DNA of 64,000 bases from an uncultured Acidobacteriaceae bacterium (GCA_963804135.1 CAWDPH010000008.1:87741-151740); one strand, 5' to 3'; shown: positions 37,960 through 47,983, counted from the first letter of the stretch. Made by a program: numbers and translations. The notes: generated from the letters alone by a model not told the origin.

Positions 37960-39711
37960 ATGCGCATTCAACGTAGTTTCCTGATCCTCTGCAGCCTGTG
38001 TGCTTTACTGGCCTCGACTGTCGCGGCCGCGCCGTTGCGTCCCACGCACGCTCCACATGCCATCGTCACCAGCGTCCACGAGCTCGCCTCGCGCGCCGGG
38101 GTTGAGATGTTGCAATCTGGAGGCAATGCCGTCGATGCCGCCGTCGCCACTGGCTTCGCACTCGCCGTCGTTCATCCTCAGGCCGGAAACCTCGGCGGAG
38201 GCGGCTTCCTTCTTCTGCGCAACGCCACCGGCGAAACTCACTTCATCGACTTCCGGGAAAAGGCGCCTGCCACGGCCACCGAAAACATGTATCTGGACGC
38301 CCAGGGCAACGTCCTCCCAGACTCCAACAAGGATTCCAGCGTCGTGGGGTACAGGTCCGTAGGCGTCCCCGGCTCGGTTGCCGGCCTGGTCTATGCGGAG
38401 AAGAAATACGGCAAGCTGTCGCTGGAAAAAGTAATCGCTCCCGCCATCAAGCTCGCCCGCGATGGCTTCCCGCTCGCTTATGAAGACACGCAGGATCTGA
38501 AACGGGATGAGTACCTCGCGCAGTTTCCGGAATCGAAACGCATTTTCCAGCGTGACGGAAACTACTACCAGGCCGGCGAACTACTGAAGCAGCCCGAACT
38601 GGCCCGCACCCTGGAGCGCATCGCCAAGGATCCCGGCGAGTTCTACCACGGCGCCATGGCGCGCGAACTGGCCGCAGCTATCCACAAAGGCGGAGGCCTG
38701 GTCACCGCCGCCGACCTCGCCGCCTACGAAGTCAAGGAGCGCGAGCCCATTCGCGGCTCCTATCGCGGCTACGAAATCATCAGCGCTCCGCCGCCATCTT
38801 CCGGCGGAGTGGCGCTGGTCGAGATCCTGAATATTCTTGAGGGCTTCGACCTGGCGAAACTCGGCAACCACTCCGCCGCTGCCATCCATCTCGAAGCCGA
38901 AGCGTTTCGTCGCGCCTTCTACGATCGCACCGATTTCTTGGGAGATCCCGACTTCGCCAAAGTTCCCGTCGCGCAGCTCATCGACAAGAAGTATGCCGCC
39001 GCCTGGCGCGAATCCATCGACCCGAACCACGCCAGCGTGAGCAAAGATCTGAAACGTCCGGCCTTCGCTGAACTGGAGCGCGTCGCCCAGTCCCGCCCGG
39101 TCGCCATTCGCGAGCCTGAGAACACTACGCACTATTCCGTGGTCGATGCCGAAGGCAACGCGGTTTCGGTCACCACGACGCTCAACGACTCTTTCGGCTC
39201 GCGCGTCACGGCCGAAGGTCTGGGCTTCCTGCTCAACGACGAAATGGACGACTTCGCCGCCAAACAAGGCGTCCCCAACGCTTACGGACTCATCCAGGGA
39301 CCGGCCAACGCCATCGGCCCGGGCAAGCGTCCGCTCTCGGCCATGACGCCGACCATCGTCCTCAGGAAGGATGGGCTCAAGGACGGCAAGCTTTTTCTGG
39401 TTCTCGGCTCGCCCGGCGGCCCCACCATCATCACCACCGTCGCCAATATCCTCATCGGCGTGGTGGACTTTTCGCTCGACATTGCGGAAGCCGTCAACGC
39501 GCCCAGGTTTCATCATCAGTGGCTCCCCGATGAGATTCTGGTCGAAGACCGCCTTTCTCCCGATACAATGAAGGTTCTCGGTTCCAAAGGACACAAGCTG
39601 AAGGTCGAGCATTTTTGGGGAGACGGCGAGTGCATCATGATTGACCCCAGAACCGGCGAGCGCCTCGGCTCGAGCGACGGACGCAACAATGGGAAGGCGG
39701 TAGGTTACTGA
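37960..39711 (+). CDS. ggt: gamma-glutamyltransferase
   Basis: 583 aa with a signal peptide. GGNAVDAAVA, the autoprocessing TTHYSVVD motif, GSPGGPTIITTV. Confidence 0.95.
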   Translation: MRIQRSFLILCSLCALLASTVAAAPLRPTHAPHAIVTSVHELASRAGVEMLQSGGNAVDAAVATGFALAVVHPQAGNLGGGGFLLLRNATGETHFIDFREKAPATATENMYLDAQGNVLPDSNKDSSVVGYRSVGVPGSVAGLVYAEKKYGKLSLEKVIAPAIKLARDGFPLAYEDTQDLKRDEYLAQFPESKRIFQRDGNYYQAGELLKQPELARTLERIAKDPGEFYHGAMARELAAAIHKGGGLVTAADLAAYEVKEREPIRGSYRGYEIISAPPPSSGGVALVEILNILEGFDLAKLGNHSAAAIHLEAEAFRRAFYDRTDFLGDPDFAKVPVAQLIDKKYAAAWRESIDPNHASVSKDLKRPAFAELERVAQSRPVAIREPENTTHYSVVDAEGNAVSVTTTLNDSFGSRVTAEGLGFLLNDEMDDFAAKQGVPNAYGLIQGPANAIGPGKRPLSAMTPTIVLRKDGLKDGKLFLVLGSPGGPTIITTVANILIGVVDFSLDIAEAVNAPRFHHQWLPDEILVEDRLSPDTMKVLGSKGHKLKVEHFWGDGECIMIDPRTGERLGSSDGRNNGKAVGY

Positions 39712-40532
39712 TGCTGAGGGCGGTATCGACGTACGTCTATGTCAAGGAACGGCTCCATCCGGGCTTGCTCGACGAGCTCGTCAAGGCGGGAGCCCAGGCG
39801 ATTGAAATCTTCGCCGCCCGCCAGCATTTCGACTACGCCAATCGCAAGCAGCATGTGCGCGAAATCGCCGACTGGTTCCGCTCCACCGGCATTCCACTCA
39901 ATTCCGTCCACGCGCCTTTGTATTCCGACTACGAGTGGGGACGCACCGGCGGGCCGCCGGTGAACATCGCCTCCACCGATCGCGCCCATCGCATCGACGC
40001 CATGGACGAGATTAAACGCTCGCTCGAAATCGCCGAGCATATCCCGTTCCGCTTCCTCGTGCAGCACATCGGCAATCCCAATGACACCTTCGACGACAAG
40101 AAATTCGAAAACGCCATGACCTCGGTCGAGCACCTGCGCGCTTTCGCCAAGCCGCTCGGCGTTCGCGTGCTGCTGGAAAATATTCCCAACGAATTGTCCA
40201 CCCCTGAACGTCTGGTCGAATTCATCAAGACCATGCATTTCGACGACATCGGCGTGTGCTTCGATTGCGGGCACTCCCACATGATGGAAGGAATTCCCGA
40301 AGGCTTCGCCATCCTGAAGAACCACATCTGCTCGACCCACGTGCACGACAACAATAAGGATAAAGACTCACACCTCTGGCCGGGCAGCGGATCGATCGAC
40401 TGGAACGAGACCATGGAATTGCTACGCACGGCACCGCAAAAGCCTCCCCTGTTGCTGGAAATCGACGGCGAAGAAAGAAAGAACCCCGGCGAAGAAGTGA
40501 GCACAACCTTCAAAAAGCTGGAAGACTCGTAG
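39711..40532 (+). CDS. sugar phosphate isomerase/epimerase (xylose-isomerase-like TIM barrel)
   Basis: 273 aa. LENIPNE, CFDCGHSHM, HVHDN metal-ligand pattern. The ATG overlaps the ggt stop (TGATG). Confidence 0.8.
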   Translation: MLRAVSTYVYVKERLHPGLLDELVKAGAQAIEIFAARQHFDYANRKQHVREIADWFRSTGIPLNSVHAPLYSDYEWGRTGGPPVNIASTDRAHRIDAMDEIKRSLEIAEHIPFRFLVQHIGNPNDTFDDKKFENAMTSVEHLRAFAKPLGVRVLLENIPNELSTPERLVEFIKTMHFDDIGVCFDCGHSHMMEGIPEGFAILKNHICSTHVHDNNKDKDSHLWPGSGSIDWNETMELLRTAPQKPPLLLEIDGEERKNPGEEVSTTFKKLEDS

Positions 40533-40535
40533 GAA

Positions 40536-40707
40536 TTCAACCGCAGAGGACGCAAAGCTCGCAGAGTCTTTTTTTGACTGGTTTTCCCCTGTCTCCGTGC
40601 CCCTGTGGGAAGAGACTTTGAAGCGGCAGATTTATAGCACCAAACGCAGGAGGCAGGGAAGGGTTAAGCCGTCTTTTCTCTGCGCCCTCAGCGTACTCTG
40701 CGGTTCA
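40536..40707. repeat. Family-D inverted-repeat element (nested)
   Basis: TTCAACCGCAGAGGACGCAAAGCTCGCAGAG (40536-40566) versus CTCTGCGCCCTCAGCGTACTCTGCGGTTCA (40678-40707). They enclose a CCCCTGTCTCCGTGCCCCTGTGGG segment. Confidence 0.75.
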
Positions 40708-40720
40708 TGGTTTTGACTTT

Positions 40721-42046
40721 ATGCCAGCACCCATCAGCACGATTGCAGAAATAGGCAAGTACGAAGGCCAGTCCGTCACCATCCGCGGATGGCTCTACAA
40801 CCTGCGCGAAAGCGGTAAGCTCCTCTTCCCTCAATTTCGCGACGGCTCCGGCGTCATCCAGGGCGTAGTCCCGAAGAACGCGGTTCCGCCCGAAGTCTTC
40901 GACGCCATCAAAGGACTCACCCAGGAATCGAGCGTCATCGTCGAAGGCAAGGTTCGCGCCGACAAGCGCGCCCCTGGCGGCTATGAGCTCGACGTCTCGA
41001 ATGTCCAGGTCGTGCAGCGCGTGCCCGAGGCGACTCCCTACCCCATCACTCCCAAAGAACACGGCGTCGACTTCTTGATGGAGCACCGCCATCTCTGGCT
41101 GCGTTCGCAGCGCCAGGCCTCCATTCTGCGCGTGCGCGCGGAAATAATTCGCGCCGCCCGCGATTTCTTTGACACCAACGGTTTCACGCTCACCGACCCG
41201 CCTATCCTCACGCCCGCCGCCTGCGAAGGGACCTCTACGCTCTTCCCCGTCGACTATTTCGAAGAGCAAGCCTACCTAACGCAATCCGGCCAGCTCTACA
41301 TCGAAGCCACTGCGATGGCGCTCGGCAAGGTTTATTCATTCGGTCCAACTTTCCGCGCAGAAAAATCGAAGACCCGCCGCCACCTCACCGAATTTTGGAT
41401 GGTCGAACCAGAAGTCGCCTACGGCACGCTCGACGACCTCATGGAACTCGCCGAGGGCTTGCTGACCTTCTTGGTTAAACGATGTCTGGACCGCCGCCGG
41501 CCCGACTTGCAAACCATCGGCCGCGACCTTGCGAAGCTCGAAAAAATCGAGGCGCCCTTCCCGCGCATCACTTACGACGAGGCGGTCGGCAAGCTGCAGG
41601 AAGGCCACTCCCAGGGCGTGCTCGAAAATAAATTCGAGTGGGGCGGAGATCTCGGGTCGCCCGACGAAACCTATCTTTCATCGTTGTACGACCGGCCGGT
41701 TATGGTCCATCGCTATCCGGCCAGCGTGAAAGCGTTTTATATGGAGCCCGATCCGCAGCGCCCCGAACTCGCTCTCTGCGTCGACGTGTTGGCCCCGGAA
41801 GGATACGGCGAAATCATTGGCGGCTCACAGCGCATGGCCTCGCACGACTTGCTCCTGCAACGCATTCGCCAGCACAATCTGCCCGAAGAAGCCTTCAAGT
41901 GGTATCTTGATCTCCGCAAATACGGCAGCGTCCCGCACTCCGGTTTCGGCATGGGCATCGAGCGCGCCGTAGCCTGGATCTGCGGCTTGGAGCACGTGCG
42001 TGAGACCATCCCCTTCCCGCGCATGCTGCATCGGCTGTACCCGTAG
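40721..42046 (+). CDS. asnS: asparagine--tRNA ligase
   Basis: 441 aa class II synthetase. [57 protein letters not shown]...IPFPR are AsnRS-type. Confidence 0.9.
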   Translation: MPAPISTIAEIGKYEGQSVTIRGWLYNLRESGKLLFPQFRDGSGVIQGVVPKNAVPPEVFDAIKGLTQESSVIVEGKVRADKRAPGGYELDVSNVQVVQRVPEATPYPITPKEHGVDFLMEHRHLWLRSQRQASILRVRAEIIRAARDFFDTNGFTLTDPPILTPAACEGTSTLFPVDYFEEQAYLTQSGQLYIEATAMALGKVYSFGPTFRAEKSKTRRHLTEFWMVEPEVAYGTLDDLMELAEGLLTFLVKRCLDRRRPDLQTIGRDLAKLEKIEAPFPRITYDEAVGKLQEGHSQGVLENKFEWGGDLGSPDETYLSSLYDRPVMVHRYPASVKAFYMEPDPQRPELALCVDVLAPEGYGEIIGGSQRMASHDLLLQRIRQHNLPEEAFKWYLDLRKYGSVPHSGFGMGIERAVAWICGLEHVRETIPFPRMLHRLYP

Positions 42047-42048
42047 CA

Positions 42049-42533
42049 TTGAACCGCAGAGATCGCTGAGTTCGCTGAGTTCGCTGAGAAAGTCATTGCA
42101 GGAGTGCCCTTTTGATTCAAGCAGAACAGCTAAACGCGATCACCGAACAGATCATCGGTGCGGCGATGGACGTTCATCGTGCGCTCGGGCCTGGATTACT
42201 GGAATCGGCCTACGAAGCGTGCTTAGTGTTTGAACTTCGCGAGCGCGGTCTGCGCGTCGAGCAGCAGAAGGCGCTCCCGATCACCTACAAAAGCGTAAAA
42301 CTCGATTGTGGTTACCGATTGGACTTGGTGGTGGCTGATTGCGTGATCGTCGAAATCAAAGCCGTCGAGAAGCTAAATTCGGTGCACGACGCTCAGCTGC
42401 TCTCCTACCTCAAGCTAGCCGATTGCCGAGTAGGATTGCTCCTGAACTTTCACTGCACCATGCTGAAGCACGGAATTCGCAGACTGGTGAATGATTTCCC
42501 TTCCTCTGCGAACTCTGCGATCTCCGCGGTTAA
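42049..42533. mobile_element. Inverted-repeat-flanked cassette carrying the GxxExxY gene
   Basis: Left arm is TTGAACCGCAGAGATCGCTGAGTTCGCTGAGTTCGCTGAGAA (42049-42090). The right arm (42503-42533) reverse-complements to TTAACCGCGGAGATCGCAGAGTTCGCAGAGG. Confidence 0.55.
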
Positions 42534-42537
42534 ATAG
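42112..42537 (+). CDS. GxxExxY protein (TIGR04256; PD-(D/E)XK-like)
   Basis: TTG start with GCAGGAG upstream. GPGLLESAYEACL (the GxxExxY motif), DLVVADCVIVEIKAV, QLLSYLK. The C-terminal SSANSAISAVK is encoded by the right repeat arm. Confidence 0.85.
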   Translation: MIQAEQLNAITEQIIGAAMDVHRALGPGLLESAYEACLVFELRERGLRVEQQKALPITYKSVKLDCGYRLDLVVADCVIVEIKAVEKLNSVHDAQLLSYLKLADCRVGLLLNFHCTMLKHGIRRLVNDFPSSANSAISAVK

Positions 42538-42544
42538 GAAGCGT

Positions 42545-43489
42545 ATGCCTCAACGAAGCAGAACGTTCACCAGCATTACCCCGCGCCACATCCGCGTGAT
42601 TGGCGTTCCTCTTGATCTTGGCCAATCGCGCCGCGGCGTTGACATGGGGCCTTCCGCCGTCCGCGTTGCCGGACTCGAAGCCCGCCTCGAGGCGATCGGC
42701 CACATTGTCGAAGACGCCGGCAACATCGCGGTCGCCATCCCCGAACAGAAAAAAGCAGGCGCCGCCCACGCCAAGTACCTCAAGGAAATCACTGCCACCT
42801 GCACCAAGAGCGCCGATCTGGTATTGAAGACGCTCGAAGCCGGCAAAGTTCCTCTCGTCCTGGGCGGCGATCATTCAGTCGCCGTCGGCACGGTGTCAGG
42901 CGTGGCCGAGTTCTACCGCCGCAAGAACCAGAAAATCGGACTGCTCTGGATCGACGCCCACACGGACATGAACACTCCCGATTCTTCCCCCAGTGGCAAC
43001 GTTCACGGCATGCCGCTCGCCTCGCTCATGGGCCTTCCTCCGCTCGAACTTGGCAGGATCTACGACTTTTCGCCCAAAGTACGGCCGGAAAATTGCGTAC
43101 TTGTCGGCATCCGCGATGTTGACCACTTCGAAAAAGAACACATACGCCAATCCGGAGTCCAAGTCTTCACCATGCGCGATATCGACGAACGCGGCATGCG
43201 CGCCGTCATGGAGGAAGCTCTCCGCATGGCTGGACACGGCACCGCCGGCTATCACGTCTCGCTCGACATGGACTGGATCGATCCCGAAGACGCGCCCGGC
43301 GTTGGAACCCCCGTATGGGGCGGCGCTACTTATCGCGAAGCGCACCTCGCCATGGAAATCATTTCCGACCATGGACGCATGACGAGCTTCGAAATCGTGG
43401 AAGTAAACCCCGTCATCGACCAGCGCAACCAGACCGCCGACTTGGCCGTCGAGCTGGCACTCTCGGCGTTTGGGAAGAAAATCCTCTAG
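42545..43489 (+). CDS. rocF: arginase
   Basis: IGVPLDLGQSRRGVDMGP, LGGDHS, WIDAHTDMNT, SLDMDWIDP Mn-ligand motifs. ATG at 42545; the track ORF from 42491 starts inside the upstream gene. Confidence 0.9.
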   Translation: MPQRSRTFTSITPRHIRVIGVPLDLGQSRRGVDMGPSAVRVAGLEARLEAIGHIVEDAGNIAVAIPEQKKAGAAHAKYLKEITATCTKSADLVLKTLEAGKVPLVLGGDHSVAVGTVSGVAEFYRRKNQKIGLLWIDAHTDMNTPDSSPSGNVHGMPLASLMGLPPLELGRIYDFSPKVRPENCVLVGIRDVDHFEKEHIRQSGVQVFTMRDIDERGMRAVMEEALRMAGHGTAGYHVSLDMDWIDPEDAPGVGTPVWGGATYREAHLAMEIISDHGRMTSFEIVEVNPVIDQRNQTADLAVELALSAFGKKIL

Positions 43490-43513
43490 CGGCCGCTAAC
43501 GTCTATAAGAGTT

Positions 43514-43590
43514 GTCATCCTGAGCGAAGCGAAGGACCTGCTGTTTGCTGAGCGGCCCAAAAGCAGGTCCTTCGCTTCGCTCAGGATGAC
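43514..43590. repeat. Family-B hairpin repeat, probable bidirectional terminator
   Basis: GTCATCCTGAGCGAAGCGAAGGACC (43514-43538) and its exact complement (43566-43590), with the stem extended by CTGCT/AGCAG. Lies between convergent genes. Confidence 0.8.
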
Positions 43591-43617
43591 AAGTCATGAA
43601 AGGTCTAATCGAACCGC

Positions 43618-44451
43618 TCACTGCACATCGGAAACTTTTCCGTTGATAAACGTAACCTTAATATCCTTGTAAACGTAGATCTGTTTAGCGCCAAGATTGA
43701 CGATCTTATCCGGCACTCCGATCGCGGCTTTCACTTGATCGGGAGTCTGGCCTTTCTCTATTTGCTGAGGTTCTGGCGGGGGCGCTTGTTGTTGCGATTG
43801 CCCCCCGCCTCCGCCTCCACCCTGCTGGTTGCCGCCTTGCTGGTCATTACCATTGCCATTGCCGCCCTGCTGTCCGCCCTGGTCGCCGCCACTGTCATCG
43901 ATGGCAAGCAGTCCGGCGATCGTATCTTCCACCTGGGAGGGGTTGGTGTTGGCCAGTGTTCCTTTGGGGAACTGAAAAACAACGTCGGCCTTGTAGAACG
44001 TCTTCGGATCGGTGTTGTTACAGGAATCGCAGGCGACGATGCCGATGACCACCTGGTCTTTCTCCAAACTGACGGCGAGCTTGGAGGGATAGACTTTTGT
44101 GTCCTTCTGGAAAAACTGGGTGGTTGGCGCCTGTTGCCCAATTTTACTCATGAAGTGGCCGAAGACCTTTTGCCCAACCGGATTCGGGGAGTGAACCGCT
44201 CCGTTTTCATATTTGGTGGAGAAAATGCTCTGGTCGGAATAAGGCACACCGAGGATTCCGCCCTTCTTGACGGCCAGGATGGTGCCCGCCTCCACTACGG
44301 CAGCTCCACTTGAGTCGGCACCCATCTTCACCAGCGTATATTGCGCTTTGAGCTGGTCTTCGAGTGAAACCTGCGCGACCACGATGCCGGGCGCGATCCC
44401 GACAACAATCAAAGCGACAACCAAGACAATCATCTCGATTCTCTGCCGCAT
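43618..44451 (-). CDS. hypothetical secreted protein with Gly/Gln-rich linker and small C-terminal BamE/SmpA-like segment
   Basis: N-terminal TM/signal, GGDQGGQQGGNGNGNDQQGGNQQGGGGGGGQSQQQ low-complexity run, C-terminal GQTPDQVKAAIGVPDKI...YVYKD. Confidence 0.5.
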   Translation of the reverse strand: MRQRIEMIVLVVALIVVGIAPGIVVAQVSLEDQLKAQYTLVKMGADSSGAAVVEAGTILAVKKGGILGVPYSDQSIFSTKYENGAVHSPNPVGQKVFGHFMSKIGQQAPTTQFFQKDTKVYPSKLAVSLEKDQVVIGIVACDSCNNTDPKTFYKADVVFQFPKGTLANTNPSQVEDTIAGLLAIDDSGGDQGGQQGGNGNGNDQQGGNQQGGGGGGGQSQQQAPPPEPQQIEKGQTPDQVKAAIGVPDKIVNLGAKQIYVYKDIKVTFINGKVSDVQ

Positions 44452-44595
44452 TTCAACCTTCCTCCTGTAAGTCTGCTCCTCCGATTCCCGAGTGGGAAGG
44501 AGCGTCCCCGGTGGCTCTCCATTCCGTTAGAAGAAGCCGGAAACGTCGCGTTCCTTACACGACGTTCCCGGGTCCAACGATTCAGCTTGCCGACT

Positions 44596-46452
44596 TTACT
44601 GTGGCTGCTTGGCTTCCGCCTCCGCCTGATCAGCTTCTTGTTGTTGCGCTTTCAAGTCGCTTTCTACACTCGTGTCCGGCGTTGGTGCGGGGACTTCCCC
44701 AGCCTGCGTCTTGGTGTCGGGGGCGGCCGGTAATCCGTTCTTCCCCTGCTTATCGGCCAACTCCTTCAGCCCGGCATCCATCTGGATCCGCAGTTGATTG
44801 TGCATCTCCTGCAAGTCGTCGACGGGCACTCCTACGGTGGCGCCGACCGCACACTCATCCTTCTTGCTGCTCTTTACGGTTGCGTCGACCATGTTGTCAT
44901 CGTCCGGTTTGTCGCCGGTACGGTAGACCACATCGCCAGGAGTAAGCGAGCACTCCACGCTATCCGACGTGGTTAGATCCTCGTCGGTGGAGACTACGAA
45001 GAGGCGGATCTTGGGATCGAGCGCCGCTGGCACCTGGTCCCCGCTCGGAGCATCCTTCTGACCATTTGCCGCCGCATCCTTTTCCGCGGCGATCTCGTTC
45101 TTCATCTCGTCGGCGAGCTCCTTCTTCACGTCAGCACTCATCCCCGTTGCATTGTCCTTCGCCGCCGGTGCTGCCGCGCCTAACATGTATTGGCCATAGG
45201 CCGCCTCGAGGTTCGCGGCAATCAGCGGATCGGTCGTCCACAACGAAGCGATCATATCCGACGACTCTGGCCCCAGCTGCAGAGGCATCAGTTCGCCGTT
45301 GTCGCCTCCGGCAGCCGCCTCCTGCTGCGCCGCATAAGCAGCTTGCAAGTTCGCCGCAATCAAGTAATCCGTCAGCCAAAATGCAGCCGTCGGATACACC
45401 GGATAGGGCTGATAGTAAGGGCCGTAATACCCATACCAGGGCGCCCCGCCCCAGCCCCAGTTGTAATAAACCGGTGCGGGCCACGGATTGTAGGCCCATC
45501 CGTAGTACGCGGGACCATAGTAATAGGCGGGCGCGTAACCGTAATATGGACGGCCGCCATAGTAGTAGTTGCGGTACCCATACGCGTAGTAGTGTCCGCC
45601 CCTATAGTAGGTTCGCTGGGAATACTCCCGGCCGCCATGGCGATAGTAGGCGCGCTGGCTGTATCCCCCGTGTCGTCCGTAGCTCACCACCCGGCGTCCG
45701 TTGTGCATGCTCTCAACGTGCCGGCCGCCATGCGCCCCGTGATTGATCGTCATCCCACTCTTGGTGTGGATCGTGCGCACCTGGCCATTCTTGCGGAAAG
45801 TCGCGCTCCCACCGCTCTTCAGGGAAACCGTCTTACTTCCCGCGGGCTGATGCCGGTTGGCCGTCTGCCCGGCCCTGTTCCCGCCGGCTTGGCCGGGCTT
45901 GTTCCCGCCGGCTTGGCCGGCCCTGTTCCCGCCAGCTTGGCCAGCCCTGTTCCCGCCAGCTTGGCCGGCCTTGTTCCCGCCGGCTTGGCCGGCCTTGTTC
46001 CCGCCGGCTTGGCCGGGCTTGTTCCCGCCGGCTTGGCCGGCCCTGTTCCCGCCGGCTTGGCCAGCCCTGTTCCCGCCAGCTTGGCCAGGCTTGTTCCCGC
46101 CGGTTTGCCCAGCCCTATTCGCGCCCGGGCCGCCGACTCCCCTATTGTTCGCGCCCGCCGGACCGCGATTGTTAGCGTTTGCTCCACCAGGTCCGCGGTT
46201 GTTCGCGCCTGCTCCACCGGGTCCACGATTGTTCGCGGCAGCGCCGCCGGGCCGCTGTGCGCCGGGGCTTCCCCCCGGGTGCTGCGCTGGGGCGGAATGC
46301 GCGGCCGGAGCGGAGGCACGGGGTGCGGATGCGTGGGCTGCCGGTGCACTTGGCTTGTTGTGTTGCGCTGAAGCAACCGCGGTTACCGTAAGAATAACCA
46401 ACAATACGGACCATTTCGGCAGGACGTTCTTTCCTCGGATGTTCGAATTCAT
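44596..46452 (-). CDS. secreted repetitive Gly/Asn/Ala- and Tyr-rich protein
   Basis: ATG at 46452 with CAGGAGAG RBS. Signal peptide, then (GQAGGN[KR][AP]) x ~10, NNRGPGGA repeats and a YYxxGY-rich block. The C-terminal half is acidic and non-repetitive. Confidence 0.6.
   Translation of the reverse strand: MNSNIRGKNVLPKWSVLLVILTVTAVASAQHNKPSAPAAHASAPRASAPAAHSAPAQHPGGSPGAQRPGGAAANNRGPGGAGANNRGPGGANANNRGPAGANNRGVGGPGANRAGQTGGNKPGQAGGNRAGQAGGNRAGQAGGNKPGQAGGNKAGQAGGNKAGQAGGNRAGQAGGNRAGQAGGNKPGQAGGNRAGQTANRHQPAGSKTVSLKSGGSATFRKNGQVRTIHTKSGMTINHGAHGGRHVESMHNGRRVVSYGRHGGYSQRAYYRHGGREYSQRTYYRGGHYYAYGYRNYYYGGRPYYGYAPAYYYGPAYYGWAYNPWPAPVYYNWGWGGAPWYGYYGPYYQPYPVYPTAAFWLTDYLIAANLQAAYAAQQEAAAGGDNGELMPLQLGPESSDMIASLWTTDPLIAANLEAAYGQYMLGAAAPAAKDNATGMSADVKKELADEMKNEIAAEKDAAANGQKDAPSGDQVPAALDPKIRLFVVSTDEDLTTSDSVECSLTPGDVVYRTGDKPDDDNMVDATVKSSKKDECAVGATVGVPVDDLQEMHNQLRIQMDAGLKELADKQGKNGLPAAPDTKTQAGEVPAPTPDTSVESDLKAQQQEADQAEAEAKQPQ
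45877..46116. repeat. 24-bp tandem repeat (about 10 units) inside the 44596-46452 CDS
   Basis: The unit GTTCCCGCCGGCTTGGCCGGSCYT is iterated head to tail and encodes GQAGGN[KR][AP] on the minus strand. Confidence 0.85.
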
Positions 46453-46960
46453 AGACTCTCCTGTGAGATGCGAAGCCCTATCCTCATCCATCCATCAACG
46501 AGAAACAAAAGCAGCCGGGCAACTGTGTCCAGCCTGTGGTCCCGCTCTTGGATTTCTTCGATGAGAGCCTCTGGGTCCGAGTGCCATGGGGGAAGGGCCG
46601 GGCACCGGCCTTCGAAGACCCGATAATTTCACACCCGTTTCACCGCGGTGTCAAGCAATCTGCTGGAGAAATTTACATCTGTCAGCATGTAGCGATCGAG
46701 GGACTTGCTTTTCTGGGAGTGGGCTCGGCTGACAACACTATCTCTTGCCGCTTCGTAACCGAACCCCAGTACTACAAATTTTGGAGGCAAGCTTGGCAAT
46801 GTGGTCCCGGTCGCCGACGGGAAGGCGGAGATCTTCAAGGACTTCGCTTCTTCTCTTTGCCTGGGTTATCGGGCACGACCGCGCCCTTTGGTCACCTCCA
46901 AAAGTAACTTCGGTAATTGGGGGGTGCCCCGACGTTCGCCGATAAACTAAATGGATAGCG

Positions 46961-47959
46961 ATGTTGACGCATGGGCACATTCGGCCGGTACTGCTGGCGC
47001 TCTTTGTTTTGACGTACGCTGTCTTGACGTACGCTGCGGCGGCCGAAAGCGCGAACGATTCCTCAAACCTGCCTACGTACCGCAGTATCGTCTCACAAGT
47101 CCAGGTTACATTCTTCGCCACCGACGAAAACAATCGTCCGGTTGCGGCCTTGACGAAGTCGGACTTTGCGGTTGTGGACAACGGCCTTGTGATTCGCAAT
47201 TTCCGGAGCTTCACCGCTGCCGATGAAACCTCGCTCGACGTGGTTGCGCTGGTCGACCTGAGCGAATCGGTAGCGCCGCGCCTTCGAGTCGCCATTCGCG
47301 AGGTGGAGCAACTGGTTGCCCGGGAGCAGTCGATCGCCGATGACAACGTCGCCGTTCTGTATTTTGGAGCACAGTCCGGAGGAACGTCCGGAGCGACGTT
47401 CGGAGGCACGTCCGCTGGGGCGTCGGGTGAAATCCGGCCTGCCATCCTGTGCTCGAGCGGTTGCCACGCTTCCGGCTCCGTGAGTAGCCTCCTCAGGGTG
47501 AAGAGCGGCGGTACCACGCCGCTGTTCGACGCTTTAATATTCGCATCCGAATTCATCTCGCATCATCGGCGGGCGGGGGCGAGGCCGGTGCTGATTTTGT
47601 TCTCGGACGGCAACGACACCATCAGTCTGCATTCTGCACGCGAGGCGCTGGACGCGGTGGTGACCGGTGGCGCCCTGATCTACTCGGTGGATACGGGGAA
47701 ACCGGCGGACCCGTCGGCGGGCGGCATGTTCCTGCGGCAAGTGTCGGATGCCAGCGGGGGGCGGTACTTTGCTCTGCAAGACGGAGTCGCAAACGTGATG
47801 AGCGCGGTGCTCGAGGACCTGCGCGCCTCCTACGTGGTGACCTACGATCTGCCCAGCCATCAGGCTGGATTTCATTCTCTGCGCCTTATGCCAACCCACA
47901 ACGTCAACCTCAGATTCCATAGCCGGAACCGGTACTACGATGAACCCAGCCTTCGCTGA
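46961..47959 (+). CDS. von Willebrand factor type A (VWA) domain protein, secreted
   Basis: Signal peptide. MIDAS-like VVALVDLSESV, GGTTPLFDAL, ILFSDGNDT. Confidence 0.75.
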   Translation: MLTHGHIRPVLLALFVLTYAVLTYAAAAESANDSSNLPTYRSIVSQVQVTFFATDENNRPVAALTKSDFAVVDNGLVIRNFRSFTAADETSLDVVALVDLSESVAPRLRVAIREVEQLVAREQSIADDNVAVLYFGAQSGGTSGATFGGTSAGASGEIRPAILCSSGCHASGSVSSLLRVKSGGTTPLFDALIFASEFISHHRRAGARPVLILFSDGNDTISLHSAREALDAVVTGGALIYSVDTGKPADPSAGGMFLRQVSDASGGRYFALQDGVANVMSAVLEDLRASYVVTYDLPSHQAGFHSLRLMPTHNVNLRFHSRNRYYDEPSLR

Positions 47960-47983
47960 TGGGAGACTGCCGATTGGAGACTT

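Noticed and set aside
45877-46116. Regular 24-bp repeats considered as a possible CRISPR array
   Set aside because: The units are contiguous with no spacers, they lie in an open reading frame encoding GQAGGN[KR][AP] repeats, and no cas genes are present.
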